Source: Octopus sinensis
Taxonomy: Eukaryota
NCBI RefSeq assembly: GCF_006345805.1
Contig: NC_043007.1
Location: 2,852,001-2,916,000, forward strand
Reading direction: 5' to 3'
DNA length: 64,000 nucleotides
Every line of letters begins with the position of its first letter. Position 1 is the first letter of the stretch. Shown piece by piece: positions 1 through 12,568 of this stretch. The notes below the pieces were generated by a model. It made no database searches. It saw nothing but the letters and a program-made list of their open reading frames with translations, and was not told where the DNA came from. The translations under genes were made by a program, and so were the position numbers.

Positions 1-85
1 TATATATAATATAATATATATACTATATAATATTATATATAAACAGACAAACATATATATATATCTATATATAAACAGACAAATA

Positions 86-117
<32 letters not shown>

Positions 118-352
118 CATATACATACAGACAAACACATATATATATATATACATACAAACATCTATATATATATATGTATACATATATAAATATATAT
201 ATATACATGTACGTATATATATATATACATATATTTATATATGTACATAAATATGTATGTATACATAGATACATATATACATAAATATAAATATATATAT
301 ATATATACACACCACATATATATATATATATATACATATATACATATATACA
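1..352. repeat. Compound (TA)n/(CA)n microsatellite
   Basis: Near-continuous TA/TACA/CA low-complexity tract seen directly. Confidence 0.95.
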
Positions 353-354
353 GA

Positions 355-750
355 CTGTCTCCATTGTTACTGCCGATGATAGGATATAATGTCGGAGTAG
401 ATGGGGTTGGGTGTGTCCGGCTGTGGTCAATCAGATCGATTGCGGTCTGAACCAAGTCGGGCATTGGTGGTCTACCGAGACTGAATGCGAGGGGGGGGGG
501 TTTCTGCATTTGCGCAGTTCACTTTTTCTTTGTGGCCCCTGCACATCTGTTCTGTCCGTAAGAGGTGCCACTTCTGTTGGTGCGGGTTCGATCGGCAGGC
601 ATGCCTTGCGCTTGCGTTTCTCATTTGTCGGGATTTATCTAAAATGTCGATATTGAGACTTTGGGTATTCCCTTGAATTGCCTTATTCTGTTAATCTGCA
701 TGCGCTTGTCTCCAGCCAGTTCGATGTAATACAGTCGTGTGTCCGGCATT
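355..750 (-). mobile_element. Possible LINE ORF1 (gag-like zinc-knuckle) remnant
   Basis: GC-richer block between microsatellites. Minus-strand translation with frameshifts gives [21 protein letters not shown], resembling a CCHC knuckle. Highly decayed. Confidence 0.3.
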
Positions 751-2422
751 CAAACAACGTATGTATATTTGTATGTACGTGTCCCGAATACACACATATA
801 TGCATACCTATATACACACACGGACACCCTCACACCCCCACACACCCAACACAGATTGTCCTATATGCGAGCGTTATAAACAGAGTAATTGTATATAACT
901 TAATTGCACACACATAAGCGTACACATGTATGTATATGCCTATATGTGTACATACGAATATAGATTCATATTTATAACCATGTGTGTATCTGTGTATATC
1001 TACATATATATATAATACGTATGTGTTTATCTATCCATGTATACATGATGTACATACATACGCATTTATGCACCTAGACACTCACATACACACACCTACA
1101 GTTATATGCATTTATACATACGCTCATTCTACCAACATATTTTTGCTATAATCCAAGATTAATCACATAAATCATATTCAGAATACACAACGAGACGCAT
1201 ATACGATCTGACTTTCTGTAATGCGATAATTTCATATTATTCAAAATATCTACAATTGGCTCCGCTATGTCCACGCTGTGCTTGTACAAGAATGTTAGTC
1301 TTGGTCAAAGGCTCCTTTCATCTTCGGCTTAATTTGGTCATTTGTATAAGATAGATCGCGTGGCTGTAACAATAGAAGTCTCTATTCTTTCTCATTAATC
1401 AGTCCTAATAAGAACGGCAGACATGCGTCCGCACACCAACATAATACGTTCACAAACGCCATCATATATATACAAGCAACTAAAAATGTATATTTCTAGG
1501 AATAAGATGACGTTTTAGATTTAAGATTTCAGATATCTAAAGTTCTTAAATTAGCTCTTCTTTTCCATCAGTAATTATATTAATTAGATGAAAACTCAAT
1601 AACAGAGGACAGAATTAGGATAGAAATATCAAATAGAACTCTAATGTAATTATAATATACAAGACTAAATATAGTATCATGGAATTACTATGGAGTAGTT
1701 ACTATTGTTAGAGGAAAACACAAGGAGATTAACAAAGAAAAAAAAACGTCCGTAAGATTCAAAACTTATTCTTAATTCTTCATTTTCGTTCGTTAAGGAT
1801 TTAATTGCAATTGTAGAGGGCTTATCTGCAACATGTGCTTGTCTTTAATGCGGTGCTTACTTGCACTATGTGCTATTTACAGGGCTTTTCTGTTATATGG
1901 ATTTTATATTTTATACATAAAGTTCACAAAGACTGAATTGATTCTTGTACCTGCGCCTTCAATTTTATTGACCAATGAGAAATAAACTACAGCGAGGAGT
2001 TCGGGCACATTAAGGGACTTAATTAAATAGTTTATTATTCAAACAGTCCTAAACACTGAAAACCGTTATATCAATATTGAGTTCATATATAGAACTTTGG
2101 TTCCACAATTTATAGCCGAAAATAATAATGGATAATGAAAAATACGAATGTATTGGTTAAAAATTAAGAAACCCAAATAAGAATCCTTTAATGTCAATCA
2201 GCTCTGAGCATGTAAATTAAATGGAAAATAAGTGGATGTACAATATTCCATTTCTTTATAATGATACTCGCCAAAAAATATTATTTTTAGCTAGTATAGA
2301 ATGCTTTATTTCACTGTTTCTTAAAATCATATATCTCCTCGCTTCATACTATACTTAAGATATATTTGTGATATATCCTTATCGCTAAGTATGCATATAT
2401 ACATACATATGTATACACATAG

Positions 2423-2456
<34 letters not shown>

Positions 2457-3044
2457 ACACACACACACATATGTTATAGATTTTAGAAACCAGTAAAGTA
2501 TTTCGTAAAGTTTGGAATTCAGTCGTATCATTATTTATGTTTCAACTTAAGTATTGCAGACTTTTAAAAATAGGTTTTTCAGGTCAAAACAACAGAAACA
2601 TTAAACATTTGTTAACACATTCCACCATTATCACCTGTGTTAAATTGTAACTTCATGTCGTAAAAGTTGAAATAAAATCCTCAAATGTTTTCTTTTTCTG
2701 TTAATTTTCTCTGTGGATTCCATCATCAATGTTTTCCGTATATTTCCATATCATGGACTCAACAGAGGCGGCAGATATAATAAACATTCGTTTTGCTACA
2801 GTCAAAGGAAATTCAAGTGTTTAATACAAATATCTTGATCGGAATAATTTTAAAACTTAAATATCACCTACTTAGCTTCATTGTGAATCAATATAAATAT
2901 CCTTCTATTTAACAGGATCCTGTACAAGTTTAGAGATCTTCTTTTGTCCTCCAACTCTTTGGGGGCATTGTTGGTTCTACTTCTTAGAAAGCATAGTCTC
3001 GTGTACAGCCCGTTGTTTTGTTTTATATTGATTTCAAATTTTCA

Positions 3045-3685
3045 AATGATGGCATAAAGGCCTGCAATTTCGAGAGAGAAGGTAAGTCGTTTATATCGAC
3101 CTTCAGTACAGAGTTGGTATTAATTTTATCGACTCCGAAAGTATAAAAGACACAGTCGACCTCGGCGGAATTTGAACTCAGAACATGAAGAAGGGCGAAA
3201 TGCCGCTAAATATTCTGTCCGACATACTGGCCTTAGTTTGGTTTTATATTGACATGGCATTTGTATGTGTTTCTTCTTTCTTTACTGTCAAGAAGGGGCT
3301 AAACATAGAGAGGACAAACAAGGACAGACAAACGGATTAAGTCGATTATATCGACCCCAGTGCGTAACTGGTACTTATTTGAACCCGACAGGTTCAAAGG
3401 CAAAATCGACCTCGGCGGAATTTGAACTGAGAACGTAGCGGCGGACGAAATACCTATTTCTTTACTACCCACAAGAGGCTAAACACAGAGGGGACAAACA
3501 AGGGCAGACAAAGGGATTGAGCCGATTACATCGACCCCAGTGCGTAACTGGTACTTAATTTATCGACCCCGAAAGGATGAAAGGCAGAGTCGACCTCGGC
3601 AGAATTTGAACTCAGAACGTAGCGGTAAACGAAATACCGCTAAGCATTTCGCTCGGCGTGCTAACGATTCTGCCAGCTCGCCGCC
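3045..3685 (-). mobile_element. SINE family B: dimeric copy (~3280-3685) plus adjacent older monomer (~3045-3232)
   Basis: Minus-strand head GGCGGCGAGCTGGCAGAATCG (A box) and GAGTTCAAATTC (B box). Core CTTTCATCCTTTCGGGGTCGATAAATTAAGTACCAG. The ~180-bp unit is repeated. Confidence 0.9.
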
Positions 3686-4362
3686 TTACATTTGTTTTAT
3701 TCTTCTAGTGATGTTGTATGTTTGGCTGATCTACATGATTATATTCTACTGAATGTGAACGAATATGAAAAAAAAAAAAAATTAGAAAATGAAGCATTAT
3801 TATTTGGAAGAAAAATCTTTTATGCTCTTAATACTGTTAATACATTATAACATATAGTTTAATACTGTTAATACCATAAAAGTAAGCATAAAAGGAATCC
3901 AACATCTCATCAATAAAATTAATGCAATTTGGAAGAGAAAGTGTAATGATACGATGGCATTTAAAAGTATTTTCTTCTGCTTCATATCAATTTAGGTAAT
4001 CTGTTATAATTAGAGTGAAGTGAATAATTCGTCTGAAAAACCGGTGGAGCTTCAGTGAGATTGATGCCAATTCGGTTTAAGGTGGGTGAATGAAGAAATC
4101 TATTCAGATTCTTACTTAATGAAATGATTTAATGTAATCCGTTCAACGTCAGACAGAAGGCTAGATCATCTGCAGTACTTAGAACATTACGGCTTCTGTT
4201 CACAGACCCATCAAGACAAACTTTGTCTTTCATCTTCACGGTTCGATGAAATAAATACCAGCCAAACAGACACCTCAATTTCCTAACATGTTCGAAAGCG
4301 ATATATGTAATTATATTCGGAAAGTTAGTGAAAAGATTAGATTTCACAACGGCATATTAAGA

Positions 4363-4375
4363 AATAATAATAATA

Positions 4376-4435
<60 letters not shown>

Positions 4436-4491
4436 TAATAATGATGATGATAATAATAATAATAATAATAATGATGATAATAATAATAATG

Positions 4492-4522
<31 letters not shown>

Positions 4523-4563
4523 TAATAATAATAATGATAATAATAATAATAATGATAATAATT

Positions 4564-4597
<34 letters not shown>

Positions 4598-4628
4598 CAA
4601 CAAAAACAACAACACCAACAAAAACAGC

Positions 4629-4661
<33 letters not shown>

Positions 4662-4733
4662 CATAATAATAATATTAATAATCATAATAATAATATTAAT
4701 AATGATAATAATAATATTAATAATAATAATAAT

Positions 4734-4820
<87 letters not shown>
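4363..4820. repeat. Long (AAT)n microsatellite with GAT/AAC interruptions
   Basis: About 460 bp trinucleotide tract; source of the poly-Ile/Leu/Tyr ORFs. Confidence 0.97.
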
Positions 4821-5217
4821 CCTTCCTACAATAGGTACAATGCTTGAAATTTGGATGGAGGTGGTCAGTCGAATAGATCGATCCCAGTATGCAACTGGTA
4901 CTTAATTTATGGACCCCGACAGGTTCAAAGGCAAAAAAATCGACCTCGGTGGAATTTGAACTCAGAACGTAACGGCAAACGTAATACCTATTTCTGTAAA
5001 ACCCACAAGGGGCTACACACAGAGGGAACAAACAAGGACAGACGAACGGATTAAGTCGATTATATCGACCCCAGTGCGTAAGCGGTACTTATTTAATCGA
5101 CCTCGAAAGGATGAAAGGCAAAGTCGACCTCGGCAGAATTTGAACTCAGAACGTAAAGACATGAAATACCGCTAAGCATTTCGTCCAACGTGCTAACGAT
5201 TCTGTCAGTTTGCCGCC
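4821..5217 (-). mobile_element. SINE family B, dimeric, flanked by (AAT)n
   Basis: Same head, core and repeated unit as the other B copies; (AAT)n on both sides. Confidence 0.9.
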
Positions 5218-5232
5218 TTCAATAGTAATAAC

Positions 5233-5294
<62 letters not shown>

Positions 5295-5435
5295 TAATAA
5301 TAAAGCAATTGCCTGTATAATAATGACGTGTGTGTGTGTATATAGTTATTAAATGCTGGTCAACAGCTATATTGGTTAAATAACGAAATAATTAGGATAA
5401 CGTCGCATTTCGGAGCATATGTTTTCATTCATCTC

Positions 5436-5541
5436 ATGAAACTCAACCTATTAGCCTTTCTAATAACCTCACAGTTTACACTTGTAGGCATCCCAGCTGT
5501 CAGATGTAGATCCGTATCTGGCAGATTTCACTGCATTTCAG
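5436..5541 (+). CDS. Candidate first coding exon encoding a signal-peptide-like N-terminus
   Basis: ATG at 5436 gives MKLNLLAFLITSQFTLVGIPAVRCRSVSGRFHCIS, ending at CAG|GTAATG (phase 1). No homology recognised. Confidence 0.25.
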
Positions 5542-5792
5542 GTAATGAGAAAGTATGACTCAACCCTAACATGTTGTATTGAAGCTACCAGGGGGAATGT
5601 TCGTTTATTCTTATTTACAAGAATTAGATAAGTCTACGAAAACTATGTTACAAAAATAGGAATCGACTTGGCACGTGATTTAACGATCATCATCATCATA
5701 AATTAATGTTCTGCCCAAATCTAATCGGTTAAAGTCCAGCTGTCGTTGATCATTGGGATTTTTAAGCAAATAAAGTTTCAAATAAAGTTATA

Positions 5793-6212
5793 GGCGCGGG
5801 AGTGGCTGTGTGGTAAGTAGCTTGTTTACCAACCACATGGTTCTGGGTTCAGTCCCACTGCGTGGCATCTTGGGCAAGTGTCTTCTACTATAGCCCCGGG
5901 CCGACCAATGCCTTGTGAGTGGATTTGGTAGATGGAAACTGAAAGAAGCCTGTCGTATATATGTATATATATATATGTGTGTGTGTATATGCTTGTGTGT
6001 CTGTGTCTGTCCCCCTAGCATTGCTTGACAACCGATGCTGGTGTGTTTACGTCCCCGTCACTTAGCGGTTCGACAAAAAGAGACCGATAGAATAAGTACT
6101 GGGCTTACAAAAGAATAAGTCCCGGGGTCGATTTGCTCGACTAAAGGCGGTGCTCCAGCATGGCCGCAGTCAAATGACTGAAACAAGTAAAAGAGAGAAA
6201 AGAGAAAGAGAG
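5793..6212 (+). mobile_element. SINE family A (tRNA-derived, internal TA/TG microsatellite), full length
   Basis: Head GGCGCGGGAGTGGCTGTGTGGTAAG (A box), GGTTCAGTCCC (B box). 3' hairpin CAGTC-AAAT-GACTG then an AAAAGAG-type tail. More than 10 copies in the window. Confidence 0.93.
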
Positions 6213-7060
6213 AAAGGTTTGCAAAGAATCACTTCTTATAACAAAAGTATTTGGTTACGTATAATGAAATGATTCAGTTTAGTAGAATTTGAAACCATAT
6301 TCCAGGTTAAGATTAGAAGAAGATTTCAAATCATCTTGATGGCCTTAATCCTTATCAAACCAAAATAGTCATACCTTAATAAAAGTATATAAAGTACACA
6401 GATAAATTTCATGATATACTTCGATAATACTAAAATCGCTGAGCGACATTTCAATAACTAAGTTACTTTAGTTTTTCATTTAAAAAATGTGTAAAATAAT
6501 AAGAAAAAAATATAGTCTAGCCATTTTCTTGGAATTTCTCCAGACATTCCAGCTTTCCCATTGAATGTCTCCGATATGTTTAAATTCAAAGAAAGTTATT
6601 CACTCCATAATACTGGGGATAATTAACGTTCACTTTAGAATTCTTCACGAAATCCATCTAAGTCGATATTCACATTCCATCACACAACTTCTTTCCGCAC
6701 CTTTTCAAATAACAACTTTTAGAGTGCAAAGCGTTATGAACAAATATCTTATTGAATATAAACAGGACACATACAAACGCTTACTCGAGCACACATACAT
6801 TCGCACAAATACGTGTATTCACATTCTACATACATATACGAATGGATATCATTAGTCGTATGTTTATTATGTGCATCGACTGGTAGATGTAAATGTATAT
6901 ATGTGTGTGTCTGTGTATGTGTGAGTGTGTATGCATGCATGTTTATATATATAAACATACATACATACACACTCACACATACGCACACACACGCACACAC
7001 ACACACACGCCCACACACACACACACATATGTATATATGTATATATATATATATATATAT

Positions 7061-7285
7061 CTTTTACTCTTTTACTCATTTACTTGTTTCAGTCATTTGA
7101 CTGCGGCCATGCTGGAGCACCGCCTTTAGTCGAGCAAGTCGACCCCGGGACTTACTCTTTGTAAGCCCAGTACTTATTCTATCGGTCTCTTTTTGCCGAA
7201 CTGCTAGGTGACGGGGAGATAAACACACCAGCATTGGTTGTCAAGTAATGCTAGGGGGACCGACACAGACACACAAACATACACG

Positions 7286-7349
<64 letters not shown>

Positions 7350-7511
7350 TATATATGACGGGCTTCTTTCAGTTTCCGTCTACCAAATCCACTCACAAGG
7401 CTTTGGTAGGCCCGAGGCTATAATACAAGACCATGGTGCCACGCAGTGGGACTGAACCTGGAACCATGTGGTTGGTAGGCAAGCTACTTACCACACAGCC
7501 ACCCCTGCGCC
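7061..7511 (-). mobile_element. SINE family A, near full length
   Basis: Reverse complement of 5793-6212 with an expanded internal (TA)n. Confidence 0.93.
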
Positions 7512-7600
7512 TATATATGTATATATATAGAGAGAGAGGGTTAGAGACAGAGGGCAGACAGAGAGATAGAGAGAGAGAGATGGATAGACAGATAGGCAGT

Positions 7601-7673
<73 letters not shown>

Positions 7674-8019
7674 AAAATGTACCGAGCACATTAAAAGAAT
7701 ATACTGAAACTTCGAAATCACTCTCAATCCTTACCTTATTAAAATGAAGTTTATATGATAACATTTCTTAAATACCTTAACACTTCTATTAATGGTTAAC
7801 TGTTTGATGTATCGTTACACAAAAATCAAATCATTAATCGGACTGTTTTGGAAAGCATAGTTTGTCCGATCCGGCAGTTGTTCTTGTTCAGATAACATGG
7901 ATCCTCCGGAAATAAAAACTAGAAAAATAAAATGAGAAAATTTCACGAGAAACACGAGAAGAAAACGTTCTAATTGCATCAGTTAGAACGATACATACTA
8001 CCCGATATGTTCATGACAG

Positions 8020-8420
8020 TATACACCAAAGTGTTCTTAACACCACCATGGTGTCGCTAATGTTTGTGCCTTGACAGTTCATCAAATGCAGCAGACGATG
8101 TCATTCTGATCAGGAGAGTGGCGAAGTCACATGATGTTGGATGTCATATGTTTACATACAACAGGATCCGTTCTCTTCTATTCAAGTATGAGCTGTATCA
8201 GAGACCTTCAGCGCCACACGTGGGATGGTGAACCTTATCAAATTCCTCCGCTTTGCCATGGACTTGATGCCTGAATGGACTTGCCATGCTGACTTGGCCT
8301 CTAAGATTAATTCGTTCAATTGATCATAGGTGATACTTTTCACCCAGAAGTCTCTTGCTCTTTTTGTTGATCAACCACCAATGGCCTCGCTAAAGTTAAC
8401 AAACCGGCGATCTCTGATGC
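8020..8420 (-). pseudogene. Decayed GINGER2/KRBA2-like integrase N-terminal region
   Basis: Minus translation with stops and frameshifts: FSEAI..STKRARDF..YDQLNELILEAKSA..KSMAKRRNLIRF..ILLYVN..AFDELSRHKH*RHHGGVKNTL. This resembles the HGG zinc-binding start of KRBA2/SCAND3-type integrases. Confidence 0.45.
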
Positions 8421-9579
8421 CGTTACCACCAGGTAGCACCAAACTTTAGGGTGTGTCTTTTTATTTCTTTATTAATTCCATTGTGGATTCTTTCGATGAT
8501 TCTGAGAAAAAGGCGAAATAATTCAAATTTGCTGCGAAATATTAAACCGGTGGTGTACTATTTATATAGAACTTTGTTCAGAAGTACCAACGGCACCATG
8601 CGCATGATAAATGCTCGTTAATATAGCTGCAATAAGCGTTGAATTGAACGGGAAAACAGAAAGAAAAGTGTTATTCTAGCTTTTAGTTCTGGAAGAGGAA
8701 TTCTTGTGTTCAATTATCAAGTATGAAGGTTTCCTTTCGCCAAATTCTGTCACGATATCAGCTGTAAATGTCATTAAGACCGGTTCTTTCCCAACATCAT
8801 AAACATTCGTCATGTAGATATTTAGAGAGTTAAGAAGAAAATGATGGATTGCAATAGTGGTTTATATTGTTCAAGTACCTATCATATAACGACTGGAATT
8901 TTGTGAAAGAAATATCAATAGATTTCATGCTAAAGTAAACTGAATTCCAGGCAGACTGTCTTTGGAATACTTCTCTCGAGGAATAGCTAGCGTCGGAGAC
9001 AATCATTGACGTTTCAGTTACGAGGATAAGAGTGGTCGGCGAGGTCTTTTGTTAGCTTCTTATTGGCAGTAAGTATTTGCAAGATATAAGGATTCCAGCA
9101 ACCGCAAGCAGGGAAAGTAATTAAACGGCTTTCTGAAATAAAAAAAAACAATATTATCACAATAACAGTTTTTTTTTTCTTTTTACTTCGAGCAGCAAAG
9201 CTTCTTTGATAAATAATCATTTGGCACTTTCCTTTACTCTCCTCTTTCCAGTTGCATTCTCATCAGTCATTACTTATTTGTATTTACAATAAGAAGAATA
9301 TCTTTGAACCACGGCCGTCAAACGCAAAATTGGTTGTCTTCGATAATTGTTTTTGCTGCCTATTTAGTCGCACAAAAAAAATATATACCTTATCAGCCTT
9401 TTCAATCTTTGACACTGTGGCATACCGTGGATATGGCCGGTAGAAGGAGTCGAAATTATACACCAATACGTGATTGATACACATTTTAGCTGCGTAAGCA
9501 GGAGCAGCGTGAAAGGAAATGTCGCCCCAGGTTCATTAAATGAACATATCAAAAATAAGCCACAATGCTTTATCATAAA

Positions 9580-9974
9580 CTAGCAGTATCGCCCGGCGTT
9601 GCTGGGGTTTGTTTCGACCCTTTAGAATTGGAATTTTTGGAAAGTAGAAATTTTGCATTATTGTTCACTTGTTATTCTCTTTAAGTGAACAATTTTCTGG
9701 TTGAAATACACTGAAAAATGGCGACACAGCAGTCAAAAAACCGTACAAAATAGGGATTTTCATAGAAAAAAAGCACCTTTTTGATGTAAATAATTTTTGG
9801 TGTTAACATGGTCCAATTTGAATTTTTATCTTCTACGAAAGGAAGAGCAAGTCTTCTTCTATCTTACTCTCAATTTTGGTCAACTTGCGCCGCAGGGTCT
9901 CGGAGGAAATAGTGTTAGTTGAAGGCTACCAAACCTACCATACTCAGACAACTTCAGCTTTGTATATAGAGAGA
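9580..9974 (-). mobile_element. Non-autonomous Helitron (~395 bp)
   Basis: On the minus strand it starts TC (9974) and ends CTAG (9583-9580). A GC hairpin (+ strand CCCGGC-GTT-GCTGGG) lies ~12 nt from the end. It sits between A(9579) and T(9975) with no TSD. Confidence 0.8.
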
Positions 9975-10227
9975 TTACGACGACAGTTGACTGATAACGT
10001 TATGCTTTTCATCCTTTGCTATGATATTTGTCCACCTTATCGCGACCCAAATTAAAATGATCTCAGTCTTTTCTTCCGACATTGGGGTTACTTCACTGTT
10101 CTATTTAGAGAATCCGCTTCGTTCATATTGAGACCACTTGGATATTATGAACTGACAGATTTTACAGGAAAGGAATATCGATATATCAAAAGGGAGGGTT
10201 TTGCTCTGTTTAACCAGCCTCAGATAA

Positions 10228-10462
10228 TACCTATTTCTTTACTACCCACAAGGGGCTAAACACAGAGAGGACAAACAAGGACAGACACACGGATTAAGTC
10301 GATTATATCAACCTCAGTGCGTAACTGGTACTTAATTTATCGACCTCGAAAGGATGAAAGGCAAAGTCGACCTCGGCGGAATTTGAACTCACAACGTAAC
10401 GGCTGAGGAAATACGGCTACGCATTTCGCCCGGCGTGGTAACGTTTCTGCCAGCTCGACGCT
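10228..10462 (-). mobile_element. SINE family B monomer
   Basis: Head, core and tail present; imperfect flanking repeat TTAACC...GATAATACCTA on both sides. Confidence 0.9.
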
Positions 10463-12568
10463 TTAACCTTCGATAATACCTACTAAACAACAACAGTAGC
10501 AAAATCAACTACATCATTCAAAGAACCAATCATAACGTGAACTACACATTACAGATCGATCATGTAAACACGTGGATTCAGAATAGCTTCCAAAAAGTCT
10601 AAGAACTGCTGGATAATTTAACAGCAATATGAACCTGGTGAAAAAAATAACACTGTGTACTAACGAAAATATATGCATTTGTGATGTGCATTGGTCAGTA
10701 AACATAAGAATGGGATGAATTAAGACAACAGATGCAGCCGATTTGTGCTCCTGTGTGTAACATCCCATCACATTTTGAACGCTATGCTTTTTTATTGAAA
10801 AATAAGTGATCCCGTAAAATATTGTTAAATGGGGCAATAAAATGCTTAAGCTGAAAAATTTCAATTTTGTCACAATTTTGTCACAAAAATATTAAATATA
10901 TCTTAAACTATCATCATTATACTATTTTCTTATGCAGCGTCTCTCACTTGCTCAAACGATGTACAATTCTAAGTATAGCAAAGATTCGTTGTTATGCTTC
11001 AATATATTTCGTCAATGTTGAGTACATTTATACATTTTAAAACTCGTGATATCTCGCCAGCATCGATATTAAAACTGGCGCAAAATGTAAAATAATTGTT
11101 TGGGGACAAAAATACAATGAATTTTACAGAAACGTAGCAACACATGCACTCACACATATGCAAAAGTACATATACGCATGCGCACAAGCTCTGAGAACTG
11201 ATCGTTTAACTGTATCAATGGATGCATGCGGGATTTTCTTAAATTTCAAAACAATTCTGAATTATGTTGTTACCAAAATTCTAATGATGTAAATTTGTTT
11301 CGTAGTTCGCAACCTGCCCCTATTCTGTGAGTCGTATTCAATAAATTTAAAATAGTAAAATGTACACACATACAGAGGTGTGTATAATTTTGCACAATAC
11401 ACTTTCATACATTGTTAGACATATAAGGCTATATGCATCTATACTTAAATCTTTATGAATGTATGATTATGTTATTTAGTCATAATGGAATGGAAATACC
11501 TCGGCAATTTACCACTTTGATTGTGTCCTAGCCAGCAAACATAATCGCCCAAAATTGTAAACCAAATTACCGTTCCGCACACACCGTTAAGTCTGTTATT
11601 TATGCCGAATTTTCTGAGAGCAGGCGGCAGCTGCCTGGCGATTCGAATTGATTCTACTACAGCGTTTAAATTGCTTATCAGAATTATTCCTTCGCATGTA
11701 AAACAGTAATTTTCTTGGAGAAGGTTTTATTCACAACATTGCATTTGCGATAAAATGTGGTATTTCTGCATATGCAAAAGTTATTATTATAGTATCAAAG
11801 TTTGGAATTATCACCATCGGCACCATTACCACCAACGCGTTACTGAAACCAGCATTAGTCCTTATTCTCGCGATCATCATTTTTACGATTATGGCAGGTA
11901 ATTTAGAATCCTGGCAATAATCGAAAATAACTATAAAAATTTAAATAGTATTCAATTATATCTTTTCAGGAGATGAGTTGAAAGTTCTGTTGTGTCGATT
12001 AGCTTTCATCTTCCTGGATTGATGGAATATTTAGCAACTTATTTAATCCATTTTGTTCACCGGAGCATAAATTCTTACGCTAAACAATTTTCCTGAAATG
12101 TTCCATATTCTTCCCAATAACAAACCCTGTGTAACGTGACGTACTTACATAAATAATTTTATACATTTCTAAGAGACGAGCGTTGGAGACGTAGTTAGAT
12201 GGGCAGCTGTTGAACTTCCCTCGGTGATCAATTTTTTTTTTAATATTACTTTCAGGAACCATTTTGATTATAGGTGCGGACAGTTTAGAAGGTTGTTGAA
12301 TATTCTCTGGTAGTTCAGCTTGTCAAATGATAACCGCCAAACCGATTACAAATATACTATGATATATACAGTTACAATAAATTTCTGTTTGTATCACAGA
12401 CTAACTACCTGTTATTATTTTTGTTATGTCGCACGTTTGGATGACTGCTACTCAACCTCGAATCTCTACTACTCTTCGACGTCTACACTTCTCTCTCTAT
12501 ATGTACGTATTGGGCTAGCCTACTTCATCGTCTGGAGGCGTCCACATAACAGTTTTGTTCTATTTAAA

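Noticed and set aside
4288-4905. 205-aa poly-Ile ORF, the longest on the plus strand
   Set aside because: Translation of an (AAT)n microsatellite running into a SINE.
5793-5865. tRNA gene at SINE heads
   Set aside because: A and B boxes are present, but there is no convincing cloverleaf and they are always fused to the SINE body.
10514-10873. 119-aa ORF on the minus strand
   Set aside because: No recognisable domain or splice context; the opposite strand faintly resembles a decayed LINE C-terminus but is too weak to call.
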